A stretch of 64,000 nucleotides of DNA from Candidatus Cloacimonadota bacterium (GTDB taxonomy: Bacteria; Cloacimonadota; Cloacimonadia; Cloacimonadales; Cloacimonadaceae), in assembly GCA_028706475.1 (NCBI GenBank), contig JAQWBI010000002.1:19123-83122 (forward strand). The letters are read 5' to 3'. Made by a program: the position numbers and the translations under genes. Every line of letters starts with the position of its first letter. The stretch's first letter is position 1. The notes under the pieces are model-generated. The model ran no database searches and was not told the DNA's origin. It worked only from the letters and a program-made list of their open reading frames with translations. Positions 1 to 9,333 of this stretch are shown here, piece after piece.

Positions 1-1247
1 ATCAGAGTGATCAGGATGGCAAAACCGATGCGTTGCAGAAAGGATTGTACTTTTAAAGGCAGAGGCTTGCCCACTATGCCCTCTATAAAGGCAAAAAGGA
101 TGTGTCCGCCATCCAGAATGGGGATGGGCAACAGGTTCATCACCATCAGGATTAAACTGATGGAACCAAAGAAAAGGATCAGGCTGCCTGCGCCGCGTCT
201 GCCCATCTCCGAGCTCATCGATGCCATCATCACAGGACCGCCCACACTGGATTTCAATTGCGAGGGTTGTTTTACCAGATTGAATAGTGCCTGATAATTC
301 ATCAATACGAAATTCACGCTGGATGCAGCACCCAGCCTGATGGCTTCCACCGGGTTGTGACGCAGACTTTCGCTGATGGGCATGTATTGGCTGATGCCGA
401 TCATCCGTTCTTGACCCACTGCGACGTTTTCTTCCGGTTTGATTCTGCGCTCAAACTCCTCTTCTCCTCTGGCAATCCGCAAGATCACCTCGTTATTGGG
501 GGAGTTCACAATCAGCTTTCGCATTTCATACCAATCTGTTACGGCTACGCTATCCACCATCAGGATCTTGTCCATAGGTTTCAGCCCGGCGCGCCAGGCG
601 GGAAGCCCGGAAAATACCTCGCCGACTACCGTAGTTACCCTGGGGATCAAGCTGCGCATCAGAGAATCCTTATCGGCGTTGGCTACAGTTAGTTGCAGTT
701 CCTTATTATCTCTGTGATAGGTGATGGTGGGCTTTTCGGCAGAGGCAAATTCCAGCAGGAAGCGGTTGAATCCCCCCACCGGCTTGTCGTTCACAGCCAC
801 TAGTGAATCGCCGGGAACAAAATGCTGTGCCCACACTCCATCTGCAGAAGAAATCACTGGAGAAAGGTCTTCCAGCTTTTGGGGAAAGCTGAATGCCAGC
901 ATAAAGAGTAACATACCCAATATCAGATTGGCAAAGGGACCGGCAAATACTATCAATGCCCGCTGCCACCATATCTTACCGTCAAAGCGTTCATGCTCGG
1001 GCACGTTTGCGTCAGTTTCTTCCTCCTGATCGCTGCTGTCGCCTCTCATCTTCACATAGCCCCCCAGAGGAATCCAGCCAATGCGGTAATCGGTGCCGTT
1101 CCTCCGGAACTGCGTGATGGGTGCTCCAAAACCTATGGAGAACTTCTCAATGCCCACTCCGAATGCCCTGGCCACCAAAAAGTGTCCCATTTCGTGAATG
1201 GTGATCATCAGTCCCAGGGCGACCAGCATCAACAAGAGCGACAGCAT
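1..1247 (-). CDS. rseP: RIP metalloprotease RseP (site-2 protease, M50 family); C-terminal end runs off the window
   Basis: Not in the ORF track because it is open at the window edge. Own translation from the ATG at 1245-1247 (minus strand): MLSLLLMLVALGLMITIHEMGHFLVARAFGVGIEKFSIGFG... It has the HEMGH zinc motif, a PDZ-like middle region and an NLLPIPILDGGH motif (about nt 91-141). The start overlaps the kamE stop by 1 nt. Confidence 0.9.
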   Translation of the reverse strand, partial: MLSLLLMLVALGLMITIHEMGHFLVARAFGVGIEKFSIGFGAPITQFRRNGTDYRIGWIPLGGYVKMRGDSSDQEEETDANVPEHERFDGKIWWQRALIVFAGPFANLILGMLLFMLAFSFPQKLEDLSPVISSADGVWAQHFVPGDSLVAVNDKPVGGFNRFLLEFASAEKPTITYHRDNKELQLTVANADKDSLMRSLIPRVTTVVGEVFSGLPAWRAGLKPMDKILMVDSVAVTDWYEMRKLIVNSPNNEVILRIARGEEEFERRIKPEENVAVGQERMIGISQYMPISESLRHNPVEAIRLGAASSVNFVLMNYQALFNLVKQPSQLKSSVGGPVMMASMSSEMGRRGAGSLILFFGSISLILMVMNLLPIPILDGGHILFAFIEGIVGKPLPLKVQSFLQRIGFAILITL

Positions 1248-1981
1248 CAGGCCTGCTTATTACTGAGTGTGATGGCGATGTAGGAAGCGACGTCCGTGGC
1301 ATAGCTCCCAGTGCCAAAACCGGCATCATAGCCCAGTTCAATTGCCAATTCGTGAGATATCCGCGGACCTCCGCAAATGAAAAGAATCTTGTCGCGCAGC
1401 CCTTCAGCTTCCGCCAATTCGATCAGGCGGGTCAGGTTTTTGATGTGGATGTTTTTCTGAGTAACGACCTGTGAAACCAGGATGGCATCCGCATTTAGCT
1501 CACGTGCTTTTGCCAGGAGCAATTCTGATGGTACCTGAGCGCCCATATTTACAGCGTTGAAGCACTGATAACGCTCCAAACCGAAGCGATGGTTGTAGCC
1601 CTTCATGTTCATTATTGCGTCGATGCCCACGGTATGGGCGTCGCTTTCGATGCATGCTCCTACCACGGTGATGGTTCTGCCCAGATGCTCTGCCACGTAT
1701 TGATCGGTGGCATCCATATCCATCACAGGAGTTTCCACCACTTTCACTTTGATCTTGGATGTGTCCACTCCCACGGATGTTGCGGCATAGGCGATGAAAT
1801 GAGTAAAACCTTCACCGAGATCCCGCATACTGGTTATTTCAGCTTCATCAAAGCCCATGGATAAGATCAATATACGTGCTGCTTCCTTGCCGCTTACGTC
1901 GTTTTTCACCGGCAAGGCAAAGGATAGCTGGATCTTGCCGTCGTTAAGTGTGTCGCCATAGGGTTTCACGATGTGTGTCAT
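1247..1981 (-). CDS. kamE: beta-lysine (D-lysine) 5,6-aminomutase beta subunit, B12-binding
   Basis: 244 aa. VKPYGDTLNDGKIQLSFALPV, GxxxDAHTVGIDAIMNMKGY (DxHxxG cobalamin motif) and LICGGPRI match my recollection of Clostridium sticklandii KamE. A 4-nt overlap couples it to kamD. Confidence 0.85.
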   Translation of the reverse strand: MTHIVKPYGDTLNDGKIQLSFALPVKNDVSGKEAARILILSMGFDEAEITSMRDLGEGFTHFIAYAATSVGVDTSKIKVKVVETPVMDMDATDQYVAEHLGRTITVVGACIESDAHTVGIDAIMNMKGYNHRFGLERYQCFNAVNMGAQVPSELLLAKARELNADAILVSQVVTQKNIHIKNLTRLIELAEAEGLRDKILFICGGPRISHELAIELGYDAGFGTGSYATDVASYIAITLSNKQA

Positions 1982-3534
1982 AGTCCCAGCTCCTTCTTCA
2001 TTTTGTCCATAAAGGGATTATAGTATTCCTCGTGGCGTTCAAACACTCCATCCAGGCCTTTACCGCCGTTTTCGGGGCGTTTGATTTCGGCAAAATCTCC
2101 TGCTGCCATGGCATTGAAGAGGCCTTCATCCGCCACTTTTTCCAGGAATTCCGTTGCCTGTCTTAGTACCAGATTGGCACGCTCTATTATAAAACTATCC
2201 GGACTCAATTGGATGTGTTGCCCCAAGTCTTTTACTGCTTTAAAGAGATATTGAGCGTTTTCGATGGCCAGAGAGCGATCCACCAGATGGGGAGTGTGGA
2301 TGGCTTCGGTCATCATGCCCAAAAGCTGCACGCCCTGACCCGTAAGCTGTCCAATGAAATTGAACATGGCATCCATCAGATGGGTCTTGAAGATGTTGCC
2401 GCTGGCAAACTTTGTGGGCGGCATATATTTCACAGGAGCTTTGGGGAATAGTTCGCGAGTTAGCATGGCATGCGCGAGCTCGTAGCTAAAGCTGTTCTCA
2501 AATTCCGGATCGATTTCGTGGGCATGGCCCAAACCCATCTTTTCCGGCTTAACTCCGCTTAGCAAGGCAAAGCTTTCATTCAAAAGCTGAGAGGCAGTAA
2601 CGGTATAGGCTTTCTCCACAGCGTCGGAAGTAGTGAGATAGTTGTCTTCTCCAGTTTGAATCTCGATGCCGGCAAAAGCATTGATCATGCGGGCAAAATA
2701 CTGATCCAGCAAAGTGCGTTTGGGATTGATATCACGGAAGAGGATGCCGTACATGGCGTCGTTCAGCATTAGATCCAGCCTTTCGATGGCGCCCATGGCA
2801 GCAATTTCCGGCATACACAATCCGGAAGCGTAGTTGGTCAAGCTTATATAGCGCCCCAGTTCTTCAGATACTTCATCCAAGGCCTTACGCATGATGCGGA
2901 AGTTCTCCTGAGTGGCATAAGTACCGCCGAAACCAACTGTAGTGGCGCCATAAGGCACATAGTCCAGGAGCGACTGCGCAGTCGAGCGGATCACGGCGAT
3001 GATGTCCGCACCTTCACGAGCAGCGGCTTTGGCTTGAGTTACATCCTCGTAGATATTACCGGTGGCCACGATCACGTAGATGGCAGGAACGCGGCGGGGG
3101 CCATATTTGGCAAAGAAGCCTTCTCTGGCTTGCCTTTGCGAAGCGATATGATGCAGCATCTTTGAGGATAGATCCTCCAAAATGGGATACAAGTCTTTCG
3201 CTGGAGCCATGGGCAATCCGACAAGGTCGAGCTCCCCGGATGCCACGAATTCTGCTGCCCGCTGAGCGCTGATTGCTTTATGATGCATGGCATTGGCTAT
3301 CCAAATGGCCGCCCCCTTATTTAACGCTCCGGCGTTTTGTAAGGCGTCCACTACCACATTGGGCAGAGGCTTGTCGTCTTCAGTAGCGCCGTCAATACCC
3401 AAAAGACGCAGCACTGTGCGCTCTATGGTTACAGAGCTATGAGTGTCAAAGAGTCGGCTGAAGCTTCCCGTTATCCTTGCCGCAGCAGTGCGGGCACGGG
3501 AAACCAAACCGGAATCTAACTTGAGTTCTAGCAT
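1978..3534 (-). CDS. kamD: beta-lysine (D-lysine) 5,6-aminomutase alpha subunit
   Basis: 518 aa. Long colinear similarity to remembered KamD: VTIERTVLRLLGIDG, YVIVATGNIYEDVTQA, LLDYVPYGATTVGFGGTYATQENFR, CMPEIAAMGAIERLD, GEDNYLTT. Confidence 0.85.
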   Translation of the reverse strand: MLELKLDSGLVSRARTAAARITGSFSRLFDTHSSVTIERTVLRLLGIDGATEDDKPLPNVVVDALQNAGALNKGAAIWIANAMHHKAISAQRAAEFVASGELDLVGLPMAPAKDLYPILEDLSSKMLHHIASQRQAREGFFAKYGPRRVPAIYVIVATGNIYEDVTQAKAAAREGADIIAVIRSTAQSLLDYVPYGATTVGFGGTYATQENFRIMRKALDEVSEELGRYISLTNYASGLCMPEIAAMGAIERLDLMLNDAMYGILFRDINPKRTLLDQYFARMINAFAGIEIQTGEDNYLTTSDAVEKAYTVTASQLLNESFALLSGVKPEKMGLGHAHEIDPEFENSFSYELAHAMLTRELFPKAPVKYMPPTKFASGNIFKTHLMDAMFNFIGQLTGQGVQLLGMMTEAIHTPHLVDRSLAIENAQYLFKAVKDLGQHIQLSPDSFIIERANLVLRQATEFLEKVADEGLFNAMAAGDFAEIKRPENGGKGLDGVFERHEEYYNPFMDKMKKELGL

Positions 3535-3668
3535 TTACACTCCAAATAGTGATATTTTCCTGTTTACGAGCTTTTTAAGACCCTGTTTTTGGTCAAGAAA
3601 AAAGCAAATCGGGATTTGTGCTTTCAATATCTATATAGTGGACAACACTGGGACATTTTTTGTAGTAC

Positions 3669-3698
3669 ACAAAAAGGCGGGATCCCGAAAATCCCGCC
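3669..3698 (-). terminator. intrinsic terminator downstream of fhs
   Basis: GGCGGGAT-N7-ATCCCGCC hairpin (3676-3698), followed on the minus strand by TTTTT (3671-3675). Confidence 0.6.
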
Positions 3699-3721
3699 TC
3701 AACAAAGTATGTTGATGGTAT

Positions 3722-5392
3722 CTAAAACAAACCGATGATATTGCCGTCGTGTTCTACGTTGATGGTGTTTGCGCTGGGATCTTTGGGCAGTCCCGGCATG
3801 CGCATGATCTCACCGGTGATGGGTATCAAGAATCCTGCTCCGCTTGCCACTATGATCTCGCGCACAGTAACCAGAAAGTCTTTGGGACGTCCGATCAGAT
3901 CAGGATTGTCCGACAAGGATTTCTGGGTCTTGGCGATGCAGATGGGCAATTTATCAAAACCGTGTTTATTTATCCTTTTCAGGTCATTCTTTGCTTCAGT
4001 GCTATAATCAACTTTTTCGGCTCCGTAGATCTCTTTGGCGATTGTGAAGATTTTATCCTCCACAGGGCTGTCCCATTCGTATAGGCCATGATACTTGCAC
4101 ACGTCTTTATCTACAATATCCACAACCTTTTCCGCCAGTTCGATGCCGCCTTCGCTGCCTTTGGTAAAATAGTCTACCACGCTGGCATCAGAACCCGATT
4201 TTAGCACAAAATCCTTAACGATCTGCAATTCTTCATCGGTGTCGGTGGAGAAACGGTTGATGGCGACAATCGACTTCATACCGAATTTGGTGATGTTTTC
4301 CATATGTTTCGCCAAGTTTACCAACCCATCCGAGACCGCCTTGGGATTGGGTTCATTCAGCTCTTTTACTTTCATTCCGCCATGTATCTTCAACGCACGC
4401 ACGGTGGCAACCAATACCACTGCGTTTGTGCAGAATCCACCGTACTTGCACACCAGGTCAAAGAACTTTTCCGCACCCAGATCAAATCCAAAACCGGCTT
4501 CAGTTACCACATAATCGCTCAAGCGCATGGCTGTCTTGGTGGCCAGAATACTGTTTGCGCCCTGAGCTATATTGGCAAAAGGACCGCCATGCACAAAGGC
4601 GGGAGTGTTTTCCGTGGTTTGCACCAGATTTGGCTTCAAAGCATCTTTCAAAAGCGCGGCTATCGCACCCTCAAAGCCCAATTGATGCACCTTTACCGGT
4701 TCTCCGGAGAATGAATATCCCACGGTGATATTGCCGATGCGTTCCCTTAACTCATCCAGGTTGTTCGATAGGCACAGTATCGCCATGATCTCGCTGGCAG
4801 GAGTGATGTCAAAACCATCCTCCCGCGGAAAACCTTGTTTGCTGCCACCCAAACCGATTACTATTTTACGCAGCATGCGGTCATTCACGTCCACTACACG
4901 CTTCCAGGTGATGCGACGCGGATCCAGTTGCAATTCGTTTTTGAAGTAGATGTGGTTGTCCACCAAAGCTGCCAGAGTGTTGTTTGCGGCAGTGATGGCA
5001 TGAAAATCACCGGTAAAATGAAGGTTGATGTCCTCCATCGGCAACACCTGAGACCATCCTCCACCCGCTGCACCGCCCTTCATGCCGAATACTGGACCCA
5101 GGGAAGGTTCGCGAATAGCTACAATTGATTTTTTCCCGATGCGATTGAGAGCTTGCGAAAGACCTATGGAAACTGTGGTTTTCCCCTCTCCGGCAGGTGT
5201 GGGAGTGATGGCGGAAACCAGTATGAGTTTTCCCATGGGATTGTTCTCGGCTGCAAATAAGGCGGAATAGCGTAGCTTTGCTTTATAATCACCATAGTGA
5301 TCGAGATCTTGGGGGCTGAGCCCAATTTTGGCCGCAATCTCGTCGATGGGCTTCAGTTTGGTAAGGTGTCCTATTTCTAGATCAGATAACAT
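3722..5392 (-). CDS. fhs: formate--tetrahydrofolate ligase
   Basis: 556 aa. PTPAGEGKTT P-loop and typical Fhs length, with colinear family motifs throughout. Confidence 0.95.
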   Translation of the reverse strand: MLSDLEIGHLTKLKPIDEIAAKIGLSPQDLDHYGDYKAKLRYSALFAAENNPMGKLILVSAITPTPAGEGKTTVSIGLSQALNRIGKKSIVAIREPSLGPVFGMKGGAAGGGWSQVLPMEDINLHFTGDFHAITAANNTLAALVDNHIYFKNELQLDPRRITWKRVVDVNDRMLRKIVIGLGGSKQGFPREDGFDITPASEIMAILCLSNNLDELRERIGNITVGYSFSGEPVKVHQLGFEGAIAALLKDALKPNLVQTTENTPAFVHGGPFANIAQGANSILATKTAMRLSDYVVTEAGFGFDLGAEKFFDLVCKYGGFCTNAVVLVATVRALKIHGGMKVKELNEPNPKAVSDGLVNLAKHMENITKFGMKSIVAINRFSTDTDEELQIVKDFVLKSGSDASVVDYFTKGSEGGIELAEKVVDIVDKDVCKYHGLYEWDSPVEDKIFTIAKEIYGAEKVDYSTEAKNDLKRINKHGFDKLPICIAKTQKSLSDNPDLIGRPKDFLVTVREIIVASGAGFLIPITGEIMRMPGLPKDPSANTINVEHDGNIIGLF

Positions 5393-5486
5393 GGGAGCCT
5401 CCCAGTGGATTATTTATTACTATATACAATCTAAGTGCTTCAGTAGATAATGCAAACTACAGGGACTGCCTGTTGCTGAAGCCGTG

Positions 5487-5553
5487 TCGAAGCAAATATC
5501 AAGCTGTTATCAAGCAGTGGTCACTCGATGATAACCCGATGATATCTGCTTCA
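5487..5553 (+). repeat. module A palindromic repeat, copy 1
   Basis: TCGAAGCAAATATCAAGCTGTTATCAAGCAGTG-GT-CACTCGATGATAACCCGATGATATCTGCTTCA. Imperfect inverted repeat, related to copies at 13466, 41367 and 55034. Confidence 0.85.
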
Positions 5554-5600
5554 ATACAGCTTAATGTATGGAGGATGAATAGCCCCGCAAGAGGCGGTAC

Positions 5601-5680
5601 TAGTGTGGAAACGGCATCTTGCCATTTTGTTTCCCCCCTGTAGTGTGGAAACGGCATCCTGGCGTTTAATGACACCACAG
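5601..5680 (+). repeat. module B, two tandem units with a 40-nt period
   Basis: TAGTGTGGAAACGGCATC starts at both 5601 and 5641. A third copy lies at 41546. Each unit contains the small hairpin AAACGGC-N5-GCC(A/G)TTT. Confidence 0.85.
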
Positions 5681-5851
5681 GATGGCCTGTTCACCAGGAT
5701 GGCAGCTTAGCTTGCGATAATTGAGCTTGGCAGGGATGCTCGCACTACAGATGGGCAAAAATCTGTCGAGGACGATGCGCCTGAGATATATCCAGACGAG
5801 CCATACAAAAAGTATCTTGACGGTTTATCCAGTCTATAAAAATCTGCAGAT

Positions 5852-7099
5852 ATGAAGAAACCTATTCGTAATGCCAGCATCACCTTTTTAGCACGCAAAT
5901 ATCTGGGTGGAAGAAGCCGCCTGGGTGTGAGTCGCAGCCACATTCTTACTTTATGTGGTATCGCTCTGGGAGTGATGGCGCTGATAACCGTGAGTTCGGT
6001 GATGAATGGTTTTCGAGCAGACATTCGGGAGCGCATCATCGGCACCCTATCCGAAATGCGGCTTTCGGCACCTGATGGGAAGTCGATTGCGGGATATGAG
6101 CAACTTGAAGAACGCATTTCTGTAGCAGGTTATCATGCTGCGGGCGTGGTTCGCTGCGAATTGCTATTGAAGAACGGAGATCAGATGGCTCCGGCCCTGG
6201 TTTTTGGTATCGACGCTCAGAAGCAGCGGAAACTTAGCCCGGTTCTTCAGCATCAGGCATCCGGAACTGCGTTACACGGTATTGTGGCAGGAAGTCTTGA
6301 TTCAGCGGAATTCATGGAGCGGGGAATAGCCATCGGTTCTGGATTGGCAGGTGAATTGGGCCTATATCTGGGTGATGAACTACAGATTATCTCTCCCATC
6401 TTCAATATCCCTACTCCCTTTGGACTATTGCCGAAGGTAGAAGTGGTGGAGGTGATGGCTATCTTCAGCGCTGGAATGCCGGAATATGATCAGAGCTATT
6501 GTTTTGTCCCACGGGCGATTGCGCAAGGATTTAATGCTTATGCAGACGAAGTGGATTACATAGAAATCCGCAGCGATGATCCCACCCGCAGCCGTATGCA
6601 TCTGAAGAAGTTGCAGCCGCTGTTTCCGGATTATAAGCTTGAGGATTGGAGCAGTTTTGACGCTTCTTTATATGGTGCTATCCGCTTTGAGAAGTATCTG
6701 ATGTTTATCATCTTACTTTTTATGTTTATTATAGCCAGTTTCAACTTAACCGGTTCTCTGCTGAAGACAATCAGTTTCAAAAAGAGCGAGCTGGGTCTGC
6801 TGAAAGCTTTGGGTTACAAGGACAAAGAACTAAGGCAGCTCTTTTTGCGGCAGGCGTTTATGCTCTGCACACTTGGCATTATTATCGGGCTGATCCTCAG
6901 CAGCGTGCTCTTGATCATCCAGGATCGGACTGCTCTGGTGAAATTGGATCAAGCGATTGTTTTGCCTGTCCAAATCCAGATAAGCGATTATCTTTTGGTG
7001 ATAGCGGTGTCTTATCTGCTTACCTGGTTAAGTATCTTGCTGCCTTTATCCCGCTTAAGTAAAATCAACGCGGTGGAACTAATCCGTCGCAACGCATAA
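5852..7099 (+). CDS. LolC/LolE-family lipoprotein-releasing ABC transporter permease (FtsX/MacB-type)
   Basis: 415 aa. N-terminal TM helix, large periplasmic domain and a C-terminal FtsX-like 3-TM bundle. The N-terminus FLARKYLGG...SVMNGF is typical of LolCE. Confidence 0.8.
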   Translation: MKKPIRNASITFLARKYLGGRSRLGVSRSHILTLCGIALGVMALITVSSVMNGFRADIRERIIGTLSEMRLSAPDGKSIAGYEQLEERISVAGYHAAGVVRCELLLKNGDQMAPALVFGIDAQKQRKLSPVLQHQASGTALHGIVAGSLDSAEFMERGIAIGSGLAGELGLYLGDELQIISPIFNIPTPFGLLPKVEVVEVMAIFSAGMPEYDQSYCFVPRAIAQGFNAYADEVDYIEIRSDDPTRSRMHLKKLQPLFPDYKLEDWSSFDASLYGAIRFEKYLMFIILLFMFIIASFNLTGSLLKTISFKKSELGLLKALGYKDKELRQLFLRQAFMLCTLGIIIGLILSSVLLIIQDRTALVKLDQAIVLPVQIQISDYLLVIAVSYLLTWLSILLPLSRLSKINAVELIRRNA

Positions 7100-7116
7100 A
7101 ACTGAATGAGGTTATA

Positions 7117-7584
7117 ATGCACAGAAAAGAAGCTTATCGCATTGCTGTGGAAGCGGAAATCCGCTCTCAAAACTTGTATAAGGCTTTGGCAAAGAGTTTC
7201 AAGCACAAAGAAACTAAGGATTTCTTTGCGCAATTACTTTTGTATGAAGAGATTCATGAACAAAAGGTTCGGGAGCTGTACGCCAGAGAATATCCTGGAA
7301 AACCTCTGCAACTGATGCAAGACCTGAACATGGAACTTCAGGGTGTGAAGCTGGAAGATCCTAAGCAGGTGCTGGAGTTTGCAATGTCACGCGAAGAACT
7401 GGCGCAAAACATCTATTTGAAACTGGCCGAACAAAGTGAGGACGAGAGTACCAAAGCGCTGCTGAAGCAGTTTGCTGCCGAAGAATTGCACCACAAAGAA
7501 CTGCTATTTGCCGAATTGGAAAAGCTGCATGGCATCCTGCAATGGTTCGATCCGTCTGAATTGAACGGTTTGATGGAATACTAG
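7117..7584 (+). CDS. ferritin-like / rubrerythrin-family diiron domain protein
   Basis: 155 aa, all-helical, with ExxH-type pairs (EEIHEQ, EELHHKE). Paralogous in architecture to 17564-18016. Confidence 0.6.
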   Translation: MHRKEAYRIAVEAEIRSQNLYKALAKSFKHKETKDFFAQLLLYEEIHEQKVRELYAREYPGKPLQLMQDLNMELQGVKLEDPKQVLEFAMSREELAQNIYLKLAEQSEDESTKALLKQFAAEELHHKELLFAELEKLHGILQWFDPSELNGLMEY

Positions 7585-7587
7585 GAT

Positions 7588-8895
7588 TTGAGCAAAGACC
7601 AATTTGACTTTCTGGATGAAGGAGAAAAGAAGGATCGCAAGGTCCCTTTGGCAGAGAAGCTGAGACCACGAAGTCTGGACGCTCTGCGGGGTCAGGAAAA
7701 GCTGGTAAGCGGGGATTCTCTCTTGTCCAGGATGATCTCTGGCAATGAGTACTCGAGCTTCATCATGTGGGGGCCACCGGGTAGCGGAAAGACCACCATA
7801 GCTAGGATCATCGAGCTGTCTGCACCACATCGCTTTATCCATTTCAGCGCAGTGCTTTCAGGGATCAATGACGTGAAACAAGTGATGCGCGATGCGGATT
7901 ATGCCCATCGCAGCCGCGGAGAGCAAAGCATCCTTTTTATAGATGAAATCCATCGCTTCAACAAATCTCAACAGGATGCATTTCTGCCTTTTGTGGAAAG
8001 CGGATCGGTGATTCTGATCGGGGCTACTACGGAAAATCCATCTTTTGAGGTGATACCCGCCCTGCTTTCGCGTTGCCATGTTTTTGTTCTGGAAGCGCTG
8101 GGGGAAGATGACATCAAAGAGATCTTGCGCAAGGGCTTTCAGGAATTGAAGTTGGAGGAGGACGATAATGTGCTAGGCTGGATGGCGGGCAATAGCGGGG
8201 GAGATGCGCGCCGGGCTCTGAATGACCTGGAGTTGATCCAGAATTGGTTAAGAGAGAATCCGCATCCCCAGATCAAAGTTCTAGCCAAAACTTTGGCAAA
8301 AAAGACCATGTTTTACGACAAAAATCGTGAGGAACACTACAACCTGATCTCCGCTTTGCACAAATCCATGCGGGGTAGTGATCCACAGGCCGCATTGTAT
8401 TGGCTGGCACGAATGTTGGAAGCCGGAGAAGATCCCCGCTACATAGTACGCCGCATAATCCGTTTTGCCAGCGAGGATGTAGGCTTGGCCGATCCTCAGG
8501 CTTTGGCTCAAGCTTTAGCAGCAAAAGACGCCCTGCTCTTTATCGGAATGCCTGAGGCAAGTGTAGCGCTATCTCAGGCAGTAGTATATCTGGCGACCGC
8601 ACCCAAGAGTAATGCCCTGGATGTAGCCTATCAAAAAGCAGCAACGGATGCGCGCAAGACCAGTCACTATGGGGTGCCATTACATATTCGTAACGCTCCC
8701 ACCAAGCTGATGAAGGAACTTGATTACGGCAAAGACTACCAGTATGATCACGATTTTGAGAACAAGTACAGCTATCAGAAGTACTTCCCGGACAAGATGG
8801 ATGAAGAACTGTATTATGAACCGGGGGAATTTGGCTTTGAGCGCGAGATTGCCAAGCGTATCGCCTGGTGGAAGAAACTGAGAGATGAAAGTTAA
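7588..8895 (+). CDS. rarA: replication-associated recombination protein A (AAA+ ATPase RarA/MgsA)
   Basis: 435 aa. GPPGSGKTT Walker [13 protein letters not shown] Walker B/sensor and the C-terminal MgsA helical domain ([13 protein letters not shown]). Apparent TTG start. Confidence 0.9.
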   Translation: MSKDQFDFLDEGEKKDRKVPLAEKLRPRSLDALRGQEKLVSGDSLLSRMISGNEYSSFIMWGPPGSGKTTIARIIELSAPHRFIHFSAVLSGINDVKQVMRDADYAHRSRGEQSILFIDEIHRFNKSQQDAFLPFVESGSVILIGATTENPSFEVIPALLSRCHVFVLEALGEDDIKEILRKGFQELKLEEDDNVLGWMAGNSGGDARRALNDLELIQNWLRENPHPQIKVLAKTLAKKTMFYDKNREEHYNLISALHKSMRGSDPQAALYWLARMLEAGEDPRYIVRRIIRFASEDVGLADPQALAQALAAKDALLFIGMPEASVALSQAVVYLATAPKSNALDVAYQKAATDARKTSHYGVPLHIRNAPTKLMKELDYGKDYQYDHDFENKYSYQKYFPDKMDEELYYEPGEFGFEREIAKRIAWWKKLRDES

Positions 8896-8982
8896 GTTCT
8901 TTACCCATAGTGCTATGTTCAAGAAAACTGAAGCAATGGAAGGACATAGATTTCCCGTAGACTATATGCAAAGGAGCTAGTA

Positions 8983-9306
8983 ATGATAGTAAGCACAACA
9001 CCTAGTTTGGAAGGATTCAGGATTATCCGTTATCATGATGTAGTAACCGGAGAGACCATCATGGGAGCGAATATTGTTCGAGATCTGATGGCATCCATTA
9101 CGGATATCATCGGCGGACGTAGCGGGGCCTACGAAAGTAAGCTGCGTGAAGGCAGAAATGCGGCCTTGGGGGAGATGAAGCACTTGGCGTCTCAAATGGG
9201 CGCCAACGCTGTAGTGGGAGTCGATATAGATTATGAGGTAGTGGGACAGAGTATGCTAATGGTATCTGCATCCGGAACTGCCGTAACGATTGAGGCGATC
9301 CAATAA
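8983..9306 (+). CDS. YbjQ-family (UPF0145) protein
   Basis: 107 aa. The pattern TTPSLEG..I......V.GE.IMGANI.RD....[11 protein letters not shown] is characteristic of YbjQ. Confidence 0.85.
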   Translation: MIVSTTPSLEGFRIIRYHDVVTGETIMGANIVRDLMASITDIIGGRSGAYESKLREGRNAALGEMKHLASQMGANAVVGVDIDYEVVGQSMLMVSASGTAVTIEAIQ

Positions 9307-9333
9307 GGCCTTCTGTAAAGTAAGTGATAACAA

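Noticed and set aside
5601-5680. Tandem 40-nt units as a mini CRISPR array.
   Set aside because: There are only two units and they abut directly with no unique spacers. No cas genes or leader are present, and the same unit occurs singly at 41546.
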